From: an uncultured Gemmatimonadales bacterium
GTDB lineage: Bacteria > Gemmatimonadota > Gemmatimonadetes > Longimicrobiales > RSA9
Assembly (NCBI GenBank): GCA_963708135.1
Contig: OY970192.1
Coordinates: 3,616,001 to 3,680,000, forward strand
Direction: 5' to 3'
DNA: 64,000 nt
Position numbers and translations under genes: made by a program. The notes under the pieces are model-generated. The model searched no databases. It was not told where the DNA came from and worked only from the letters and a program-made list of their open reading frames with translations. Positions 41,867-52,125 of the stretch are shown here, piece after piece (position 1 is the first letter of the stretch; every line of letters begins with the position of its first letter).

Positions 41867-42433
41867 TCAGGGCTTGGGGGCGGCGTTGTAATAGGAGCGT
41901 GCGACGCGACGGCGGAGCCGCTCGCCCCAGTCGCGGCCGTCGCTCAGGACGAGATCTGCGAGGTCGGCGAGATTGGCCGGCTCTGCCTTGGACGCGAGGT
42001 AGTGCGCCGTTTTCCGAACCGTATCGGCGAGCCCGTCATCCGTCGCTCGGAGCAGGCGGACAAACCGAAGCTCCGAGAAGCCGGCGCTTGCCAGCGCACC
42101 GCCGAGCGGCCGGCGAGGCGAGTCCAGCGCGGAAAGCCGCGCAATCGCGTTCAGGATGACTGCCCAGTGCTGCTCAGCCTGATCCAGCGCCACCCCGCCC
42201 CCCGGAAACTGCCACCGCGGCGCGACATACTCTGCGACCACTTTCCAGAAGGCAGGGGACGCCGGGTCTCCGGATGTCAGCCGGCGAAGATCGGCGGCGG
42301 CGCCGGGCGGAATCGCGCCTGAGGCGATCGCGGCAGCGATCCGGTGCACGATACTGGAAACAGCGTGTTCCGAGGCGCCCGGGGAGCCGTCTCCGGGCAC
42401 AAGGGTCGGCTCAAGGAGTGGGTTCGAGCTCAT
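41867..42433 (-). CDS. cse2: Cas11e (CasB/Cse2) small subunit
   Basis: Position in the operon; ADLRR, LGGALA..GFSELRFVRLL and VARSYY motifs. Confidence 0.88.
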   Translation of the reverse strand: MSSNPLLEPTLVPGDGSPGASEHAVSSIVHRIAAAIASGAIPPGAAADLRRLTSGDPASPAFWKVVAEYVAPRWQFPGGGVALDQAEQHWAVILNAIARLSALDSPRRPLGGALASAGFSELRFVRLLRATDDGLADTVRKTAHYLASKAEPANLADLADLVLSDGRDWGERLRRRVARSYYNAAPKP

Positions 42434-43961
42434 CCGTGCTCCTTTCGTAGAGCTGGGGGAAGTTCTTTCGGAACCCGCCGCCGAATACGCGCTCCGCGGC
42501 CGCGACGGCCCGGTAGTGGCGGGTGCTCGGGACAGGGGCGGACTCGATGGCGTCATCGAGCCGAGCGCGGGCCAGCGTGCGGAGCTCCTCCCCCCAGCGC
42601 CGCTCGGCCTCGACCGGAGGTAGATCCACATCTTCCCAAAGCCGGCTGAAGAACACCCGGTCCACGTCGGCGTCGAATCGCTCACGCCAGCGCTGCGTAC
42701 GACTGTCGCGGAAGTCGGCCTTCTCCGGCCCGGCCTGGAGCAAAACGCAGAGCGCCGGGTGCAGGATCTTCCGATCGGCGATCGCCACCTGCTCCATGCG
42801 CCGCTGCGCCAGCTCGGCGAGCGCTTGACGCTCACCGGGCCGCCCGAGCCGATAGCGAACGTGTTTCGGGATCGGCACCTCGCGCTGGTGGAGGCCCTCC
42901 GTCTTGCCCTGGCCACGCGCCATCGCCTGCGCGACCAGCACCAGGGTGTCAGCATCGTCCGGCCGCACGGTCCCGGCGGCGCCGGGGTGGAAGTCGCCAC
43001 TGAAGAGCAGCTGGGTGAGCCGGCGGTACGTGAATCCGCCTGAGTCGAGCGTCAGTGCCGCACCGTCCTTGTCCTTGACCGGCGTCCACGGATCACCAGT
43101 GTCGCCGTTGTCGACCGCGGCCGCCAGCCGCTTAGCCTTCGACGGCGCCGTTCTCGCCACCAGCTGACCGCCGCGGTCTTCCATCCGCACACGCCGGCAG
43201 ACCTCGATGAAGAACGGATCGCACTTCTGGATCGGGAAGCTCCGGCCACCGTCCCAGGGCTCCAGCCACAGCAGGCCCAGTCCCCCGGTCTCCGGGTACC
43301 CGTAGCTCCCGGCCACGAGATCGGCGCGGCTGGCGAGCAAAACCCCGACATCGCGCAGGAACCGCGCGCCCCAGTCGGGGGCAGGCGCGAACCCGACGCA
43401 CGGGCGGTTTCCGAAGCCTCCGTTCATCCGGACCACCCCATGGTTGTCGCGTCCTGAATAGCCCTGCATGGTCTGAAGAGTGACGAGTGCGTAGACCCAG
43501 TGTTCGGCGGCTGGTGCGCCGATCCGCGCCGCCTTCACATCGTGGTTCTTGCTGGTGACGAGAATGTCGAGGGCGTCCGGGTAGTCGATCGGCGCCTTGA
43601 AACCATTCAGGCTCCCCTCGGGAACGGGCGGCTGCATGAAAGCGGGCTGGGCGAGATCCTCGACCAGAAGACACCAGGCCTCCGACCGCTCACCGGCCAG
43701 GGCGCGGAGCCGCTCCGCCCAGATGCGTTCGGTGCCGACCGGGTCGTCGGCGCCTGCTTGAAAGAGCGCGAGTCCCGCCAGCTGAACGAGGAAGGCGTGC
43801 CACGCGTGGGCCTGGTGAGGCTGGAGGGCCAGGAAAGCGGCAACGTCCTCCGTGCCAAGTCCGGCCAACGCGCCCGGTAAGCTGACCGTTCGCTCGCAAC
43901 CGTCTGATGAACGGATCCGCAACAGGGGTTCGGTGAGCAGGTTCTCTCGGACCTCAGCCAT
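42411..43961 (-). CDS. cse1: Cas8e (CasA/Cse1) large subunit
   Basis: NLLTEPLL, HAFLVQL, PAFMQPP, LVTSKNHDVK and RMNGGFG motifs. Confidence 0.9.
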   Translation of the reverse strand: MAEVRENLLTEPLLRIRSSDGCERTVSLPGALAGLGTEDVAAFLALQPHQAHAWHAFLVQLAGLALFQAGADDPVGTERIWAERLRALAGERSEAWCLLVEDLAQPAFMQPPVPEGSLNGFKAPIDYPDALDILVTSKNHDVKAARIGAPAAEHWVYALVTLQTMQGYSGRDNHGVVRMNGGFGNRPCVGFAPAPDWGARFLRDVGVLLASRADLVAGSYGYPETGGLGLLWLEPWDGGRSFPIQKCDPFFIEVCRRVRMEDRGGQLVARTAPSKAKRLAAAVDNGDTGDPWTPVKDKDGAALTLDSGGFTYRRLTQLLFSGDFHPGAAGTVRPDDADTLVLVAQAMARGQGKTEGLHQREVPIPKHVRYRLGRPGERQALAELAQRRMEQVAIADRKILHPALCVLLQAGPEKADFRDSRTQRWRERFDADVDRVFFSRLWEDVDLPPVEAERRWGEELRTLARARLDDAIESAPVPSTRHYRAVAAAERVFGGGFRKNFPQLYERSTDELEPTP

Positions 43962-46614
43962 CGCTCTCCTCGTAGTTTGGACCCGGGTCGCGTTCGGGTC
44001 GTAGCCCGAGCCGATCATAGCGGTAGCGCCGATCGCCGAAGCGGAACGCGCACCATGCCGGCCCGACCTCGACCTCGGTCGGGCCAGCATCGGGATCGGC
44101 ATGCCTCGCCAGGTGGTGTGGAATCGTCAGGCGCCGCACGAACCGCCCGAACGGCCCCAACCACGGCTCCTCGAACTCCGCGATCCGGTCGTCCGCGCCA
44201 AGGCGCGTCGCCACGCGCTCATCGTCGGGAGGGAAGCGCGTCGCCGGGAACGGAATGTCCCAGTCGACGACGTGGCGGCCCGCAATGCGCACGTGCGCGA
44301 GCAGCGACCCGACGATCCACTGGCCGTGGCTCCCCCAGGCCCCACCGAGCTCCTCGGCGATGCTCTCCAGAACCATGGGGTGCGTGGCGCCTTCCACCAG
44401 CTCTCGGCTCAACCGAGGCAGTTCAACTACTTCGTGTCGCTCGAGCTGCCTCCACGTGCTTTCCAGGACCCGCAGATCCGGATAGACAGTTCCCAGCCCA
44501 TGCGGCCCGCGAGCTTCGCCGTTATCGCGGATGTAGCGGACCAGGTCGCGCCCCATCGGGACGAGCACGACCGCGTGCGGAACCTCGAATCCAGCCGGCC
44601 GCGGACGCACGTGGCGATGAAGCCGCCCGAAGCGCTGAAGGAGGACGTCGGCCGGGCACAGGTCGGTGAGCATGAGATCGGCGTCGATGTCCAGACTCTG
44701 CTGGACCGTCTGTGTCGCGATGGCCACGCAGCCGGCGGCGGGGGCCGTCTCTCCGAACCGAGCCTCGATCGCGGCATCCAGTGCCTCACGATCCTCCTTC
44801 GCATAGCGCGAGTGGTGCGGCGCGGGCACCTCTCCGCAACCAAAAAGGAGATCGGCCCGCCCTGGATTGGGTCCGGCGAGGACCGCCTCAACCGCCTGCT
44901 GCGTCGCTACGCAGTCGCCGACCGTGTTCCGGATTACCAGGACGCGCGCCCCGAGCACAGCCGCGCGGACTGCCAGCTCCGCGACCGCCGGAGCGTCCGC
45001 GGCGACCGGCTCGCAGTCTACATGGACGAGTCTAGCAGCCCCCTGTGACAGCGGGACGAGGCGCGGCTCCGAGGCAGGCGCCCCGACATGGGTGATGAGC
45101 GGATACGGAACGGCGACAGCTTCTGTCAGGTTGGGCACCCGCGACCGCTGCCCGGGCGCAGTCAGGCGGGTCCGCGCTGCGGAGCCCAGGGTGGCGGACA
45201 TGAGCAGCACGTGGCCACCCGCCTCGAGCTGGCGGGCGACGACCGCTTCGAGGATCCGGGTCATGTACGCATCGGAGGCGTGGACCTCGTCGACCACCAC
45301 GAGATGGCGCGAGAGGGCCGCGGCACGGAGATGCGAATGCGAGACGGCGAGGGCGGAGAGGAGAACCTGGTCGATCGTGCCGACGACAACCGAACCGGCA
45401 AGGAACCGCTTCGGGCTTTCCGCGGCCCAGCCGCGGTAGCGCCAGCGGGCTGAATCATCATCGGCCCAAAGGACCTTGAACGGCGCGAGACGCTTCCCCT
45501 CGACATCGTCCACGGCGAGGTATCCAGGCACGGCGAGGACGACCGGCGGCCGGGCCTCCGCCGGAAAGGCGCGGGCAACGGCTTGTCTCACGCGTCCGTG
45601 GATCTGAGTGGCTGCGGTCCGGGTTGGCAGGGCGAAGTAGAGGCCGTCGACCTGCCCGGCGTGAAAGAGCCGGAGGAAATGGGCGAGGGCCGCCTCGGTC
45701 TTCCCGGCGCCGGTCTCCGCCTCGAGGACGGTCATGCTGCCGGCGGTCTCCACCGGCAGCTCGAGCATGCGGCTCTGGAGCTCCCGCGGCGGGCTGGCGG
45801 AAATCGCCGAGAAGTCTGGTGGCTGGGGCCCAAGTGCCCGCCGCGCCATTGCCGCCGCGAGGCCGAGCTCGGTCAAGGCCTGGTTGGATCGGGCGGTCGC
45901 CCAGAGGAAGCGGTCGGGGCCGCCCGGCTGCGAGAACGGGAAGATCCGGTCATCCGATGCGATCCAGTCCGCCAGCGTGAGCAAACCGTTGAACCCGTGC
46001 TGGAAGCGAGGTGACGTATCAAGGGGCGCCGCATTCCGAAAGGCCTCCGGGAACCACCGCTCCGCGCTCCGCCGCAGCTCGGCAGCGCCTTCGAACGGAT
46101 CGAGCCCGCCGGCCGGCTGCCAGAGACGCGGGTCGTAGCGCGCCTGCGGCTGGACGGGGCGGCCATGGTGCGAGAACAAGGTGAGGAGAAGCTCAAACAA
46201 CTGGTCCTCACTCCCCACCCAGAGCATAAGAGGCTCGAGATCCATGGCAGCGGCCAACCGCCCCCCTTCAGGCCCCGGTCCGTCGAACACGTCGAGTATC
46301 GGCCCGACGTGGCCGGCGACGAAGGGCGGCTTCGCCATCCGCTTGTTCTGGAAGCCGACGTTAACCTTCCCCACATCGTGGAGGGCCGAAAGGAATGCGA
46401 GTCGATCCCGCTGAACCGGGTTCAGATCAGGAAGCCCGGCAAGCGCCGCGAGCCAGCGCCGGAGAACCGGCTGCTCCAGCAAAGCCCGACACGTCGCCGC
46501 CACGTCGGCGCAGTGGTCGATGAGCGGATGCCACGCGGGCGCTGCGCCCTCCGGAGGGTCGCGCTCGAGTTTGCCCCAGAAGGTGGTGACCGGCGATTTC
46601 ATGCGGACTGGCAC
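43954..46614 (-). CDS. cas3: Cas3 HD nuclease-helicase
   Basis: HCADVA, LHDVGK, LADWIAS, ETGAGKTE, DEVH, MSAT and QRFGRLHRH motifs. Confidence 0.97.
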   Translation of the reverse strand: MPVRMKSPVTTFWGKLERDPPEGAAPAWHPLIDHCADVAATCRALLEQPVLRRWLAALAGLPDLNPVQRDRLAFLSALHDVGKVNVGFQNKRMAKPPFVAGHVGPILDVFDGPGPEGGRLAAAMDLEPLMLWVGSEDQLFELLLTLFSHHGRPVQPQARYDPRLWQPAGGLDPFEGAAELRRSAERWFPEAFRNAAPLDTSPRFQHGFNGLLTLADWIASDDRIFPFSQPGGPDRFLWATARSNQALTELGLAAAMARRALGPQPPDFSAISASPPRELQSRMLELPVETAGSMTVLEAETGAGKTEAALAHFLRLFHAGQVDGLYFALPTRTAATQIHGRVRQAVARAFPAEARPPVVLAVPGYLAVDDVEGKRLAPFKVLWADDDSARWRYRGWAAESPKRFLAGSVVVGTIDQVLLSALAVSHSHLRAAALSRHLVVVDEVHASDAYMTRILEAVVARQLEAGGHVLLMSATLGSAARTRLTAPGQRSRVPNLTEAVAVPYPLITHVGAPASEPRLVPLSQGAARLVHVDCEPVAADAPAVAELAVRAAVLGARVLVIRNTVGDCVATQQAVEAVLAGPNPGRADLLFGCGEVPAPHHSRYAKEDREALDAAIEARFGETAPAAGCVAIATQTVQQSLDIDADLMLTDLCPADVLLQRFGRLHRHVRPRPAGFEVPHAVVLVPMGRDLVRYIRDNGEARGPHGLGTVYPDLRVLESTWRQLERHEVVELPRLSRELVEGATHPMVLESIAEELGGAWGSHGQWIVGSLLAHVRIAGRHVVDWDIPFPATRFPPDDERVATRLGADDRIAEFEEPWLGPFGRFVRRLTIPHHLARHADPDAGPTEVEVGPAWCAFRFGDRRYRYDRLGLRPERDPGPNYEESDG

Positions 46615-47385
46615 CCCCGGCTTCGCGGTTCTGAGGTGGGAAACGCATGCGGGGCCATGGAGCGTGAGCAGGTACCGACGCGATCGATGGCGGGCAGGAG
46701 CAGCGCCTTCTTGGTGGGCCAGCCGAGGGCACGTACGGACTTTCGGGCGCCGGGCGGAAATCGGCCATAGAAGGCCACGTCAAGGCACGAATGTCTGCGA
46801 GAGCAGGTCTCCACAGTATAGTCTGAGTGCCACCAAATCCGACCTAGCAGTGATAGCTCTGGGTCAAGTTTGCGCGGCCCTGTTCCGAAGTCAAGCCGCA
46901 TGGGATAGCTGCGGGACTCGGAGCCCAACCCTCGAACGCTTGGCGAGCGGCGATTGTTTGCGTCGCGGGGCGGGAAATCGTGGCCGGACTCTCCGATTGC
47001 ACCGGCTATTCCGGCGAGTCATGCCATTCTAGATCGGCACGGCGCGCCTCCGCCTGGCCCGAACGCCCTCCGTGTGCACCGTGTGCTTCGTGCACTCCGT
47101 GGTGAGATTCCCGTTCCCTGCCCCTGCCCCTCTCCCCACGAAGCGGTGATCCGTCGGTCTCCACGTCGGACGCCGAGACGCTTTGCCCCACCCCGCCCCC
47201 GACCTTTGCCTCAAAACGCGCCATCGCCGGACGAAACTCCCCGTCACTACGCGCTTTTCGCTCGGGTATGACTCGTGCCTACCGCCGTGTCCCGGGAAAG
47301 GTGGGTGCGGAGGGGGCGACGGGATGCGCCGGGGGCGGGGCTTCGGGCCGCCGCCGCGCGCGCCGCGAGAGAGGCAGGAGCGAGC

Positions 47386-47793
47386 ATGACCGAGCAGATC
47401 AGGGTTCTCGTGATCGATGACGACGACGACTTCAGGGCGTCGGTGCAGGCGCTGCTGGAGCTGGATGGCTACGAGGTTCGGACGGCCTCGTCGGGCGCGG
47501 AGGGGCTGCGTCAGCTGAAGGAGGCGGCGCCGGACCTCGTGATCCTCGACGTGATGATGGAGAGCGCGACGGAGGGCTACGCGGTCAACCAGGCGATCAA
47601 ATGGGGAGCCGAGTCCGGTCGCGAGCTTCCGATCATCATGATCTCCTCGATCGAGGCGAGCCCGGACGAGCTGTTCCCGCGCTCGGAGGAGGTGGGCGCG
47701 ATCCGGCCGGACTTCTACCTCACCAAGCCGCTGGACATTCCCCGATTCCGGCAGGTGGTTCGGAGCGCGGTGTCGCGCGTGGCTCGCGCGTAG
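47386..47793 (+). CDS. Single-domain response regulator
   Basis: VLVIDDD, ILDVMM and LTKP motifs; AGGAG RBS. Confidence 0.9.
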   Translation: MTEQIRVLVIDDDDDFRASVQALLELDGYEVRTASSGAEGLRQLKEAAPDLVILDVMMESATEGYAVNQAIKWGAESGRELPIIMISSIEASPDELFPRSEEVGAIRPDFYLTKPLDIPRFRQVVRSAVSRVARA

Positions 47794-47855
47794 GCGGGCG
47801 GGTCGAACCGGGGGCGGGGGCGGGGACGCGCCAACATTGGGGAGCTTGCAGCGAG

Positions 47856-49013
47856 ATGAGCGAGGAACGCGGGCCGAGCGGGCCGGAGCGGGTGGTCGTC
47901 GTGGATGACGACCCGACCATGAGGCTCTCGTGCCGTCAGATCCTGGAGCGCATGGGCTTCGAGGTCGAGGTCTTCGAGGACGGCGCGCGCGGGCTGGAGG
48001 GCGCGGCCAGGCTGAAGCCGTGGCTGGTGGTGGTGGATCTGAAGATGCCGGGGATCGACGGCACGGAGGTCGTGGCGCGGGTCCACGAGATGGATCCCGA
48101 GACGATCATCGTCGTGATCACCGGCTACGCCACGATCGGCACGGCCGTAGAGGCGATGAAGTGCGGGGCGTACGACTTCCTGCCGAAGCCGTTTGCCCCC
48201 GCGGAGCTGCGCGTGATCGTCGATCGCGGCCTCGAGCGCTGGCGGCTCATGCGGGAGTCGCGGCAGGCGCGGCTGGAGCGCGAGCTGCTGCGACGTCGCT
48301 TCGTCACCTTCGTCTCCCACCAGCTGCGCTCTCCACTGGGCGCGGTGCACCAGTACCTCGACGTGCTGCGGCACCTCGGTCCCGACGTCGAGGCGGAGAA
48401 GCGGGCGGAGTGGCTGGAGCGCTGCCTGCGCCGGACCGAGGAGCTGCAGACGCTCATCTCCGACTGGCTGATGCTGGCCGAGCTGGAGGGCGAGGAGCTG
48501 GCGCGCCGGCGCGAGCCGGTGGACGTGTGCGAGCTGCTCCCCTCGATCCTCGCCATTTACGAGCAGACGGCGGCCGAGGGTGAGCTGACGCTGCGGGCCC
48601 AGGCGCCGCTGGCCGGCTGCCCGGTCCTTGGCGACCGGGCGGCGCTGAACGTCCTCTTCGACAACCTCGTGGTCAACGCGATCAAGTACAACCGCCCGGG
48701 CGGAGACGTCACGGTCGTGGCGGAGGTGCGCGCGGGCGAGGTGGTCGTGGAGGTCAGGGACACGGGCGTGGGCATCCCCGAGCGCTACCGGCCGCTCCTC
48801 TTCGAGGAGTTCTTCCGCGTGCGCGACGGCGCGGCCCCGAAGACGTCCGGTTCGGGGCTCGGGCTGGCGATCTGCCGGCGCATCGCCACAGAGCTGGGTG
48901 GCGCGATCGAAGTCGAGAGCGAGGAAGGCGTGGGCTCCACGTTCCGCGTGCGGCTACCCGCCGCACCGGCCACGGAGGCCCTGGAACCCATAGAGGCGGA
49001 GGCACGAGCGTGA
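47856..49013 (+). CDS. Hybrid REC-HisKA-HATPase kinase
   Basis: N-terminal receiver (VVVDDD, DLKMP, KP); VSHQLRSPL H-box; NAIKYN, DTGVGI and GLGL boxes. Confidence 0.92.
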   Translation: MSEERGPSGPERVVVVDDDPTMRLSCRQILERMGFEVEVFEDGARGLEGAARLKPWLVVVDLKMPGIDGTEVVARVHEMDPETIIVVITGYATIGTAVEAMKCGAYDFLPKPFAPAELRVIVDRGLERWRLMRESRQARLERELLRRRFVTFVSHQLRSPLGAVHQYLDVLRHLGPDVEAEKRAEWLERCLRRTEELQTLISDWLMLAELEGEELARRREPVDVCELLPSILAIYEQTAAEGELTLRAQAPLAGCPVLGDRAALNVLFDNLVVNAIKYNRPGGDVTVVAEVRAGEVVVEVRDTGVGIPERYRPLLFEEFFRVRDGAAPKTSGSGLGLAICRRIATELGGAIEVESEEGVGSTFRVRLPAAPATEALEPIEAEARA

Positions 49014-49441
49014 CGAGCGCGACGGTCCTGATCGTCGATGACGACGAGGACTTCTCCGCGGCGGTGGCCGCGGTGCTGGAGGATGCCGGGTACCGCGTGC
49101 TGGCCGCGCGCGATGGCCGCGAGGGCGTGAGCGTCGCCCTGCGCGAGCGGCCGGACCTGGTGCTGATGGACGTGATCATGGACGAGCGGACGGAGGGCTT
49201 CTTCACGATCCAGGAGCTCAGGCGGCGGCCGGAGCTGGCCGGGCTGCCGATCTTCGTCGTGAGCTCGATCTACAGCGTCGAGCAGGCGTTCCAGGTTGCG
49301 CCGGATGCGGCCTGGCTCGGCCACGACGCCTTCATCCGCAAGCCGATCCAGCCGGCGCTGCTGCTCGAGCGCATCGCCGAGCGGCTCGGCGCACCCGCCC
49401 ACCAGGGAGGGCACGCGCCAGGGCGCGTGGCGGTCCCGTGA
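49010..49441 (+). CDS. Single-domain response regulator
   Basis: LIVDDD, MDVIM and RKP motifs; GTGA overlaps at both ends. Confidence 0.88.
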   Translation: MTSATVLIVDDDEDFSAAVAAVLEDAGYRVLAARDGREGVSVALRERPDLVLMDVIMDERTEGFFTIQELRRRPELAGLPIFVVSSIYSVEQAFQVAPDAAWLGHDAFIRKPIQPALLLERIAERLGAPAHQGGHAPGRVAVP

Positions 49442-50469
49442 AGGTGCTGAAGCTGCCCAAGACGCAGCTCGACTTCTTCGCGGCCGTGCTCCAGCAGTTC
49501 GGCGAGGTGCATGCGCCAGTGGAGCGCGGCGGCGGCTTCAGCTTCCAGCGCCTCGAGCGCTGGTCCGACGCCCGCCTCGAGTACACGCGCACGCTGCTGC
49601 CGCCCAAGAAGTACCTGCTGCCGCCCGAGGAGACGCTGTTCCGCTGGGACCGGAACGGCTACACCGCCGAGACGGAGGGGCTGGACCGGCGCATCGTCCT
49701 CTTCGGCGTCCACGCCTGCGACATCTACGGCATGAATATCCTCGGCGACGTGTTCGAGGGCGGCACGCCGGATCCCTACTTCGCCGCCCGCCGCCGGAAC
49801 CTGGCCGTGATCGGCATCGACTGCACGCCGGACGAGCGCTGCTTCTGCCGCTCGATGCGCGCCGACTTCGTGGATCACGGCTTCGACCTGTTCCTCTACG
49901 ACATCGGGGATGCGTACCTCACGCTGGTCGGGACCGCGCTCGGCGACGACATGGTCCTCGCCACGGGCCCGCTCTTCACCGAGCCGAGCCGGCAGGACGT
50001 GGAGGAGTACAAGCGCCGCTCCGGCAGCCGGCGCTCCGAGTACCTGCTGGACGTCCAGATCCAGGACCTGCCGGAGATCTTCGAGATGGAATACGGCAGC
50101 GACATCTGGCAGGAGCTCGGCGAACGCTGCCTGGCGTGCGGCGCGTGCAGCGTCGTGTGCCCCACCTGCTACTGCTTCGATGTGCGCGACTCGGCGGAGC
50201 CCGGCTGCGACGCCGGCGAACGCTGCCGCTCGTGGGATTCCTGCCTGTACTCCAGCCACGCCCTCGTTGCGGGCGGGGAGAACTTCCGCGAGGGCCGCGC
50301 CGACCGGATCAAGTTCCGCTTCTACCACAAGCAGCGCGGCTTCGTGGCCGAGTACGGCCGCCCCAGCTGCGTCGGCTGCGGGCGCTGCATCGAGTCCTGC
50401 CCCGTGGGCATCGACATCGTCGAGGTGATCGACCGGCTGAGGAGGGTCCGCGATGCCGCTCCCGTCTAG
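49438..50469 (+). CDS. hydB: Group 3b hydrogenase/sulfhydrogenase beta subunit (4Fe-4S, AsrA-like)
   Basis: CLACGACSVVCPTCYCF, RSWDSC and CVGCGRCIESCP motifs. Confidence 0.9.
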   Translation: MKVLKLPKTQLDFFAAVLQQFGEVHAPVERGGGFSFQRLERWSDARLEYTRTLLPPKKYLLPPEETLFRWDRNGYTAETEGLDRRIVLFGVHACDIYGMNILGDVFEGGTPDPYFAARRRNLAVIGIDCTPDERCFCRSMRADFVDHGFDLFLYDIGDAYLTLVGTALGDDMVLATGPLFTEPSRQDVEEYKRRSGSRRSEYLLDVQIQDLPEIFEMEYGSDIWQELGERCLACGACSVVCPTCYCFDVRDSAEPGCDAGERCRSWDSCLYSSHALVAGGENFREGRADRIKFRFYHKQRGFVAEYGRPSCVGCGRCIESCPVGIDIVEVIDRLRRVRDAAPV

Positions 50470-51325
50470 CCCCGCCACCCACCCGTTCCTGGAGGCGGCC
50501 AACCCTTACCAGCCGCACCTCGCCCGCATCGTCCGGCTCGAGCGGATGGTCGAGGACAACCACCTCTTCACGCTCCGCTTCGTGAGCGACGAGCTCGCGC
50601 GCGCGTTCCGCCACCGGCCCGGCCAGTTCGTCATGCTCAGCGTGCCGGGCGCCGGCGAGGCGCCGATCTCGATCTCGTCCTCGCCCACCCGGCCTGGCGT
50701 GCTCGAGCTGTGCGTGCGCCGCGTCGGTCGGGTCACGGACGCGCTCTACCGCCTCCGCACCAACGACCTCGTGGGCGTGCGCGGACCGTACGGCAACGGC
50801 TTCCCCGTCGAGACCATGGTCGGCAACGACCTCGTGCTCGCGGCGGGCGGCCTGGGCATGGCGCCGATCCGCTCCCTGCTCTGGTACGCGCTCGACCACC
50901 GCGACCGCTTCGGCATGCTCACCCTCATGTACGGCGCCCGGGAGCCGGGCGGCATGCTGTTCGGCGACGAGCTCGTCTCGCTGCTCGACCGCAGCGACCT
51001 GCGCTGCCTGCTCACCGTGGAGCACGCGGGGAGCGATCCATGGCGCGGCTATCTCGGCCGGCTGCCCGACCTGTTCAACCACGCGGAGATCGATGCGTCC
51101 CGGACGTTCGCCGCCGTGTGTGGCCCGCCCGTGGTCTACCGCCCGGTGCTCGAGCGCCTGCTCGCGCTCGGCTTCTCCAAGGACCGGATCCTCATGTCGC
51201 TGGAGCGGCGGATGAAGTGCGGCATCGGCAAGTGCGGCCACTGCAGCGTGGGCTACAAGTATACGTGCACGAACGGTCCGATCTTCACGTACTGGGACGC
51301 GATCAACCTGCCCGAGATGATCTGA
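50453..51325 (+). CDS. hydG: Group 3b hydrogenase gamma subunit (FAD/NAD(P)-binding, 2Fe-2S)
   Basis: PGQFVML, GEAPISIS, RGPYGNGF, AGGLGMAP and CGIGKCGHC...C motifs. Confidence 0.92.
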   Translation: MPLPSSPATHPFLEAANPYQPHLARIVRLERMVEDNHLFTLRFVSDELARAFRHRPGQFVMLSVPGAGEAPISISSSPTRPGVLELCVRRVGRVTDALYRLRTNDLVGVRGPYGNGFPVETMVGNDLVLAAGGLGMAPIRSLLWYALDHRDRFGMLTLMYGAREPGGMLFGDELVSLLDRSDLRCLLTVEHAGSDPWRGYLGRLPDLFNHAEIDASRTFAAVCGPPVVYRPVLERLLALGFSKDRILMSLERRMKCGIGKCGHCSVGYKYTCTNGPIFTYWDAINLPEMI

Positions 51326-51357
51326 GTCCGGCCACCGGGCCGGTGGAGAATAGAGGG

Positions 51358-52125
51358 ATGGCGAAGCCGAGAGTGGGAATCTTCGGGCTCACCGGGTGCG
51401 CGGGCGACCAGCTCGTGATCCTGAACTGCGAGGACCGGCTGCTGGATCTCGTGGAGCTGCTCGACGTGCGGGATTTCCTCATGGCCTCCTCGAAGAACGA
51501 CGAGGTCGGCCGCCTGGACATCGCCTTCGTCGAGGGCGCCGTCGTCACCGAGCGCGACGAGCGGGCGCTCCTCCAGGTCCGCGACCGCGCCACCACGCTC
51601 GTCGCCCTCGGGACCTGCGCCGCATGGGGGGGCATTGCCGGCGGCGGGCCCGACGCCGAGCGCGCGGCGCTGTTCCGCGAGATCTACGGCGCGGGCGGCC
51701 CGCCGCCGGTGGCGGGCCCCGCGCGCGCCCTCGACGCCGTCGTGGCCGTCGACCTCGCGATCACCGGTTGTCCGATCGAGCGGGAGGAGTTCCTCTCCGC
51801 CGTCGCGCACCTGCTGAACGGAAACCCGCCGCTGCCATCCCCCGTGCCCGTGTGCACGGAGTGCCGGATCCGCGAGAACCGCTGCCTGCTGCTGCGCGAC
51901 GGGCAGCTCTGCTGCGGCCCGGTGACCGCCGGCGGGTGCGCGGCGCGCTGCCCCTCCCTCGGCATTCCCTGCATCGGCTGCCGCGGCCCGGCGCCGGACG
52001 CGAACTACGCGTCCGCCCTGGCCCTCTTCCGGTCCAGGGGCCTCGAGCGAGGCGAGGTCGCGCGCCGGCTGGGCGCCTTCGCCCCCGCGGCCCTCGCGGC
52101 CGCCCGCATGGAGGTGCACCAATGA
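51358..52125 (+). CDS. hydD: Group 3b [NiFe]-hydrogenase small (delta) subunit
   Basis: TGCAGDQ, VEGAV, GTCAAWGG, GCP, VCTEC, CCGPVT..GC..C and CIGCRG motifs. Confidence 0.9.
   Translation: MAKPRVGIFGLTGCAGDQLVILNCEDRLLDLVELLDVRDFLMASSKNDEVGRLDIAFVEGAVVTERDERALLQVRDRATTLVALGTCAAWGGIAGGGPDAERAALFREIYGAGGPPPVAGPARALDAVVAVDLAITGCPIEREEFLSAVAHLLNGNPPLPSPVPVCTECRIRENRCLLLRDGQLCCGPVTAGGCAARCPSLGIPCIGCRGPAPDANYASALALFRSRGLERGEVARRLGAFAPAALAAARMEVHQ

Noticed and set aside
36869..46614. CRISPR-associated transposon (CAST)
   Set aside because: Cas3 is intact, there is no tnsABC or tniQ, and the IS630 disrupts cas2 rather than partnering with it.
46615..47385. Small ORFs, anti-CRISPR or ncRNA between cas3 and the hydrogenase operon
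   Set aside because: No convincing RBS, motif or tRNA-like structure; treated as a divergent promoter region.
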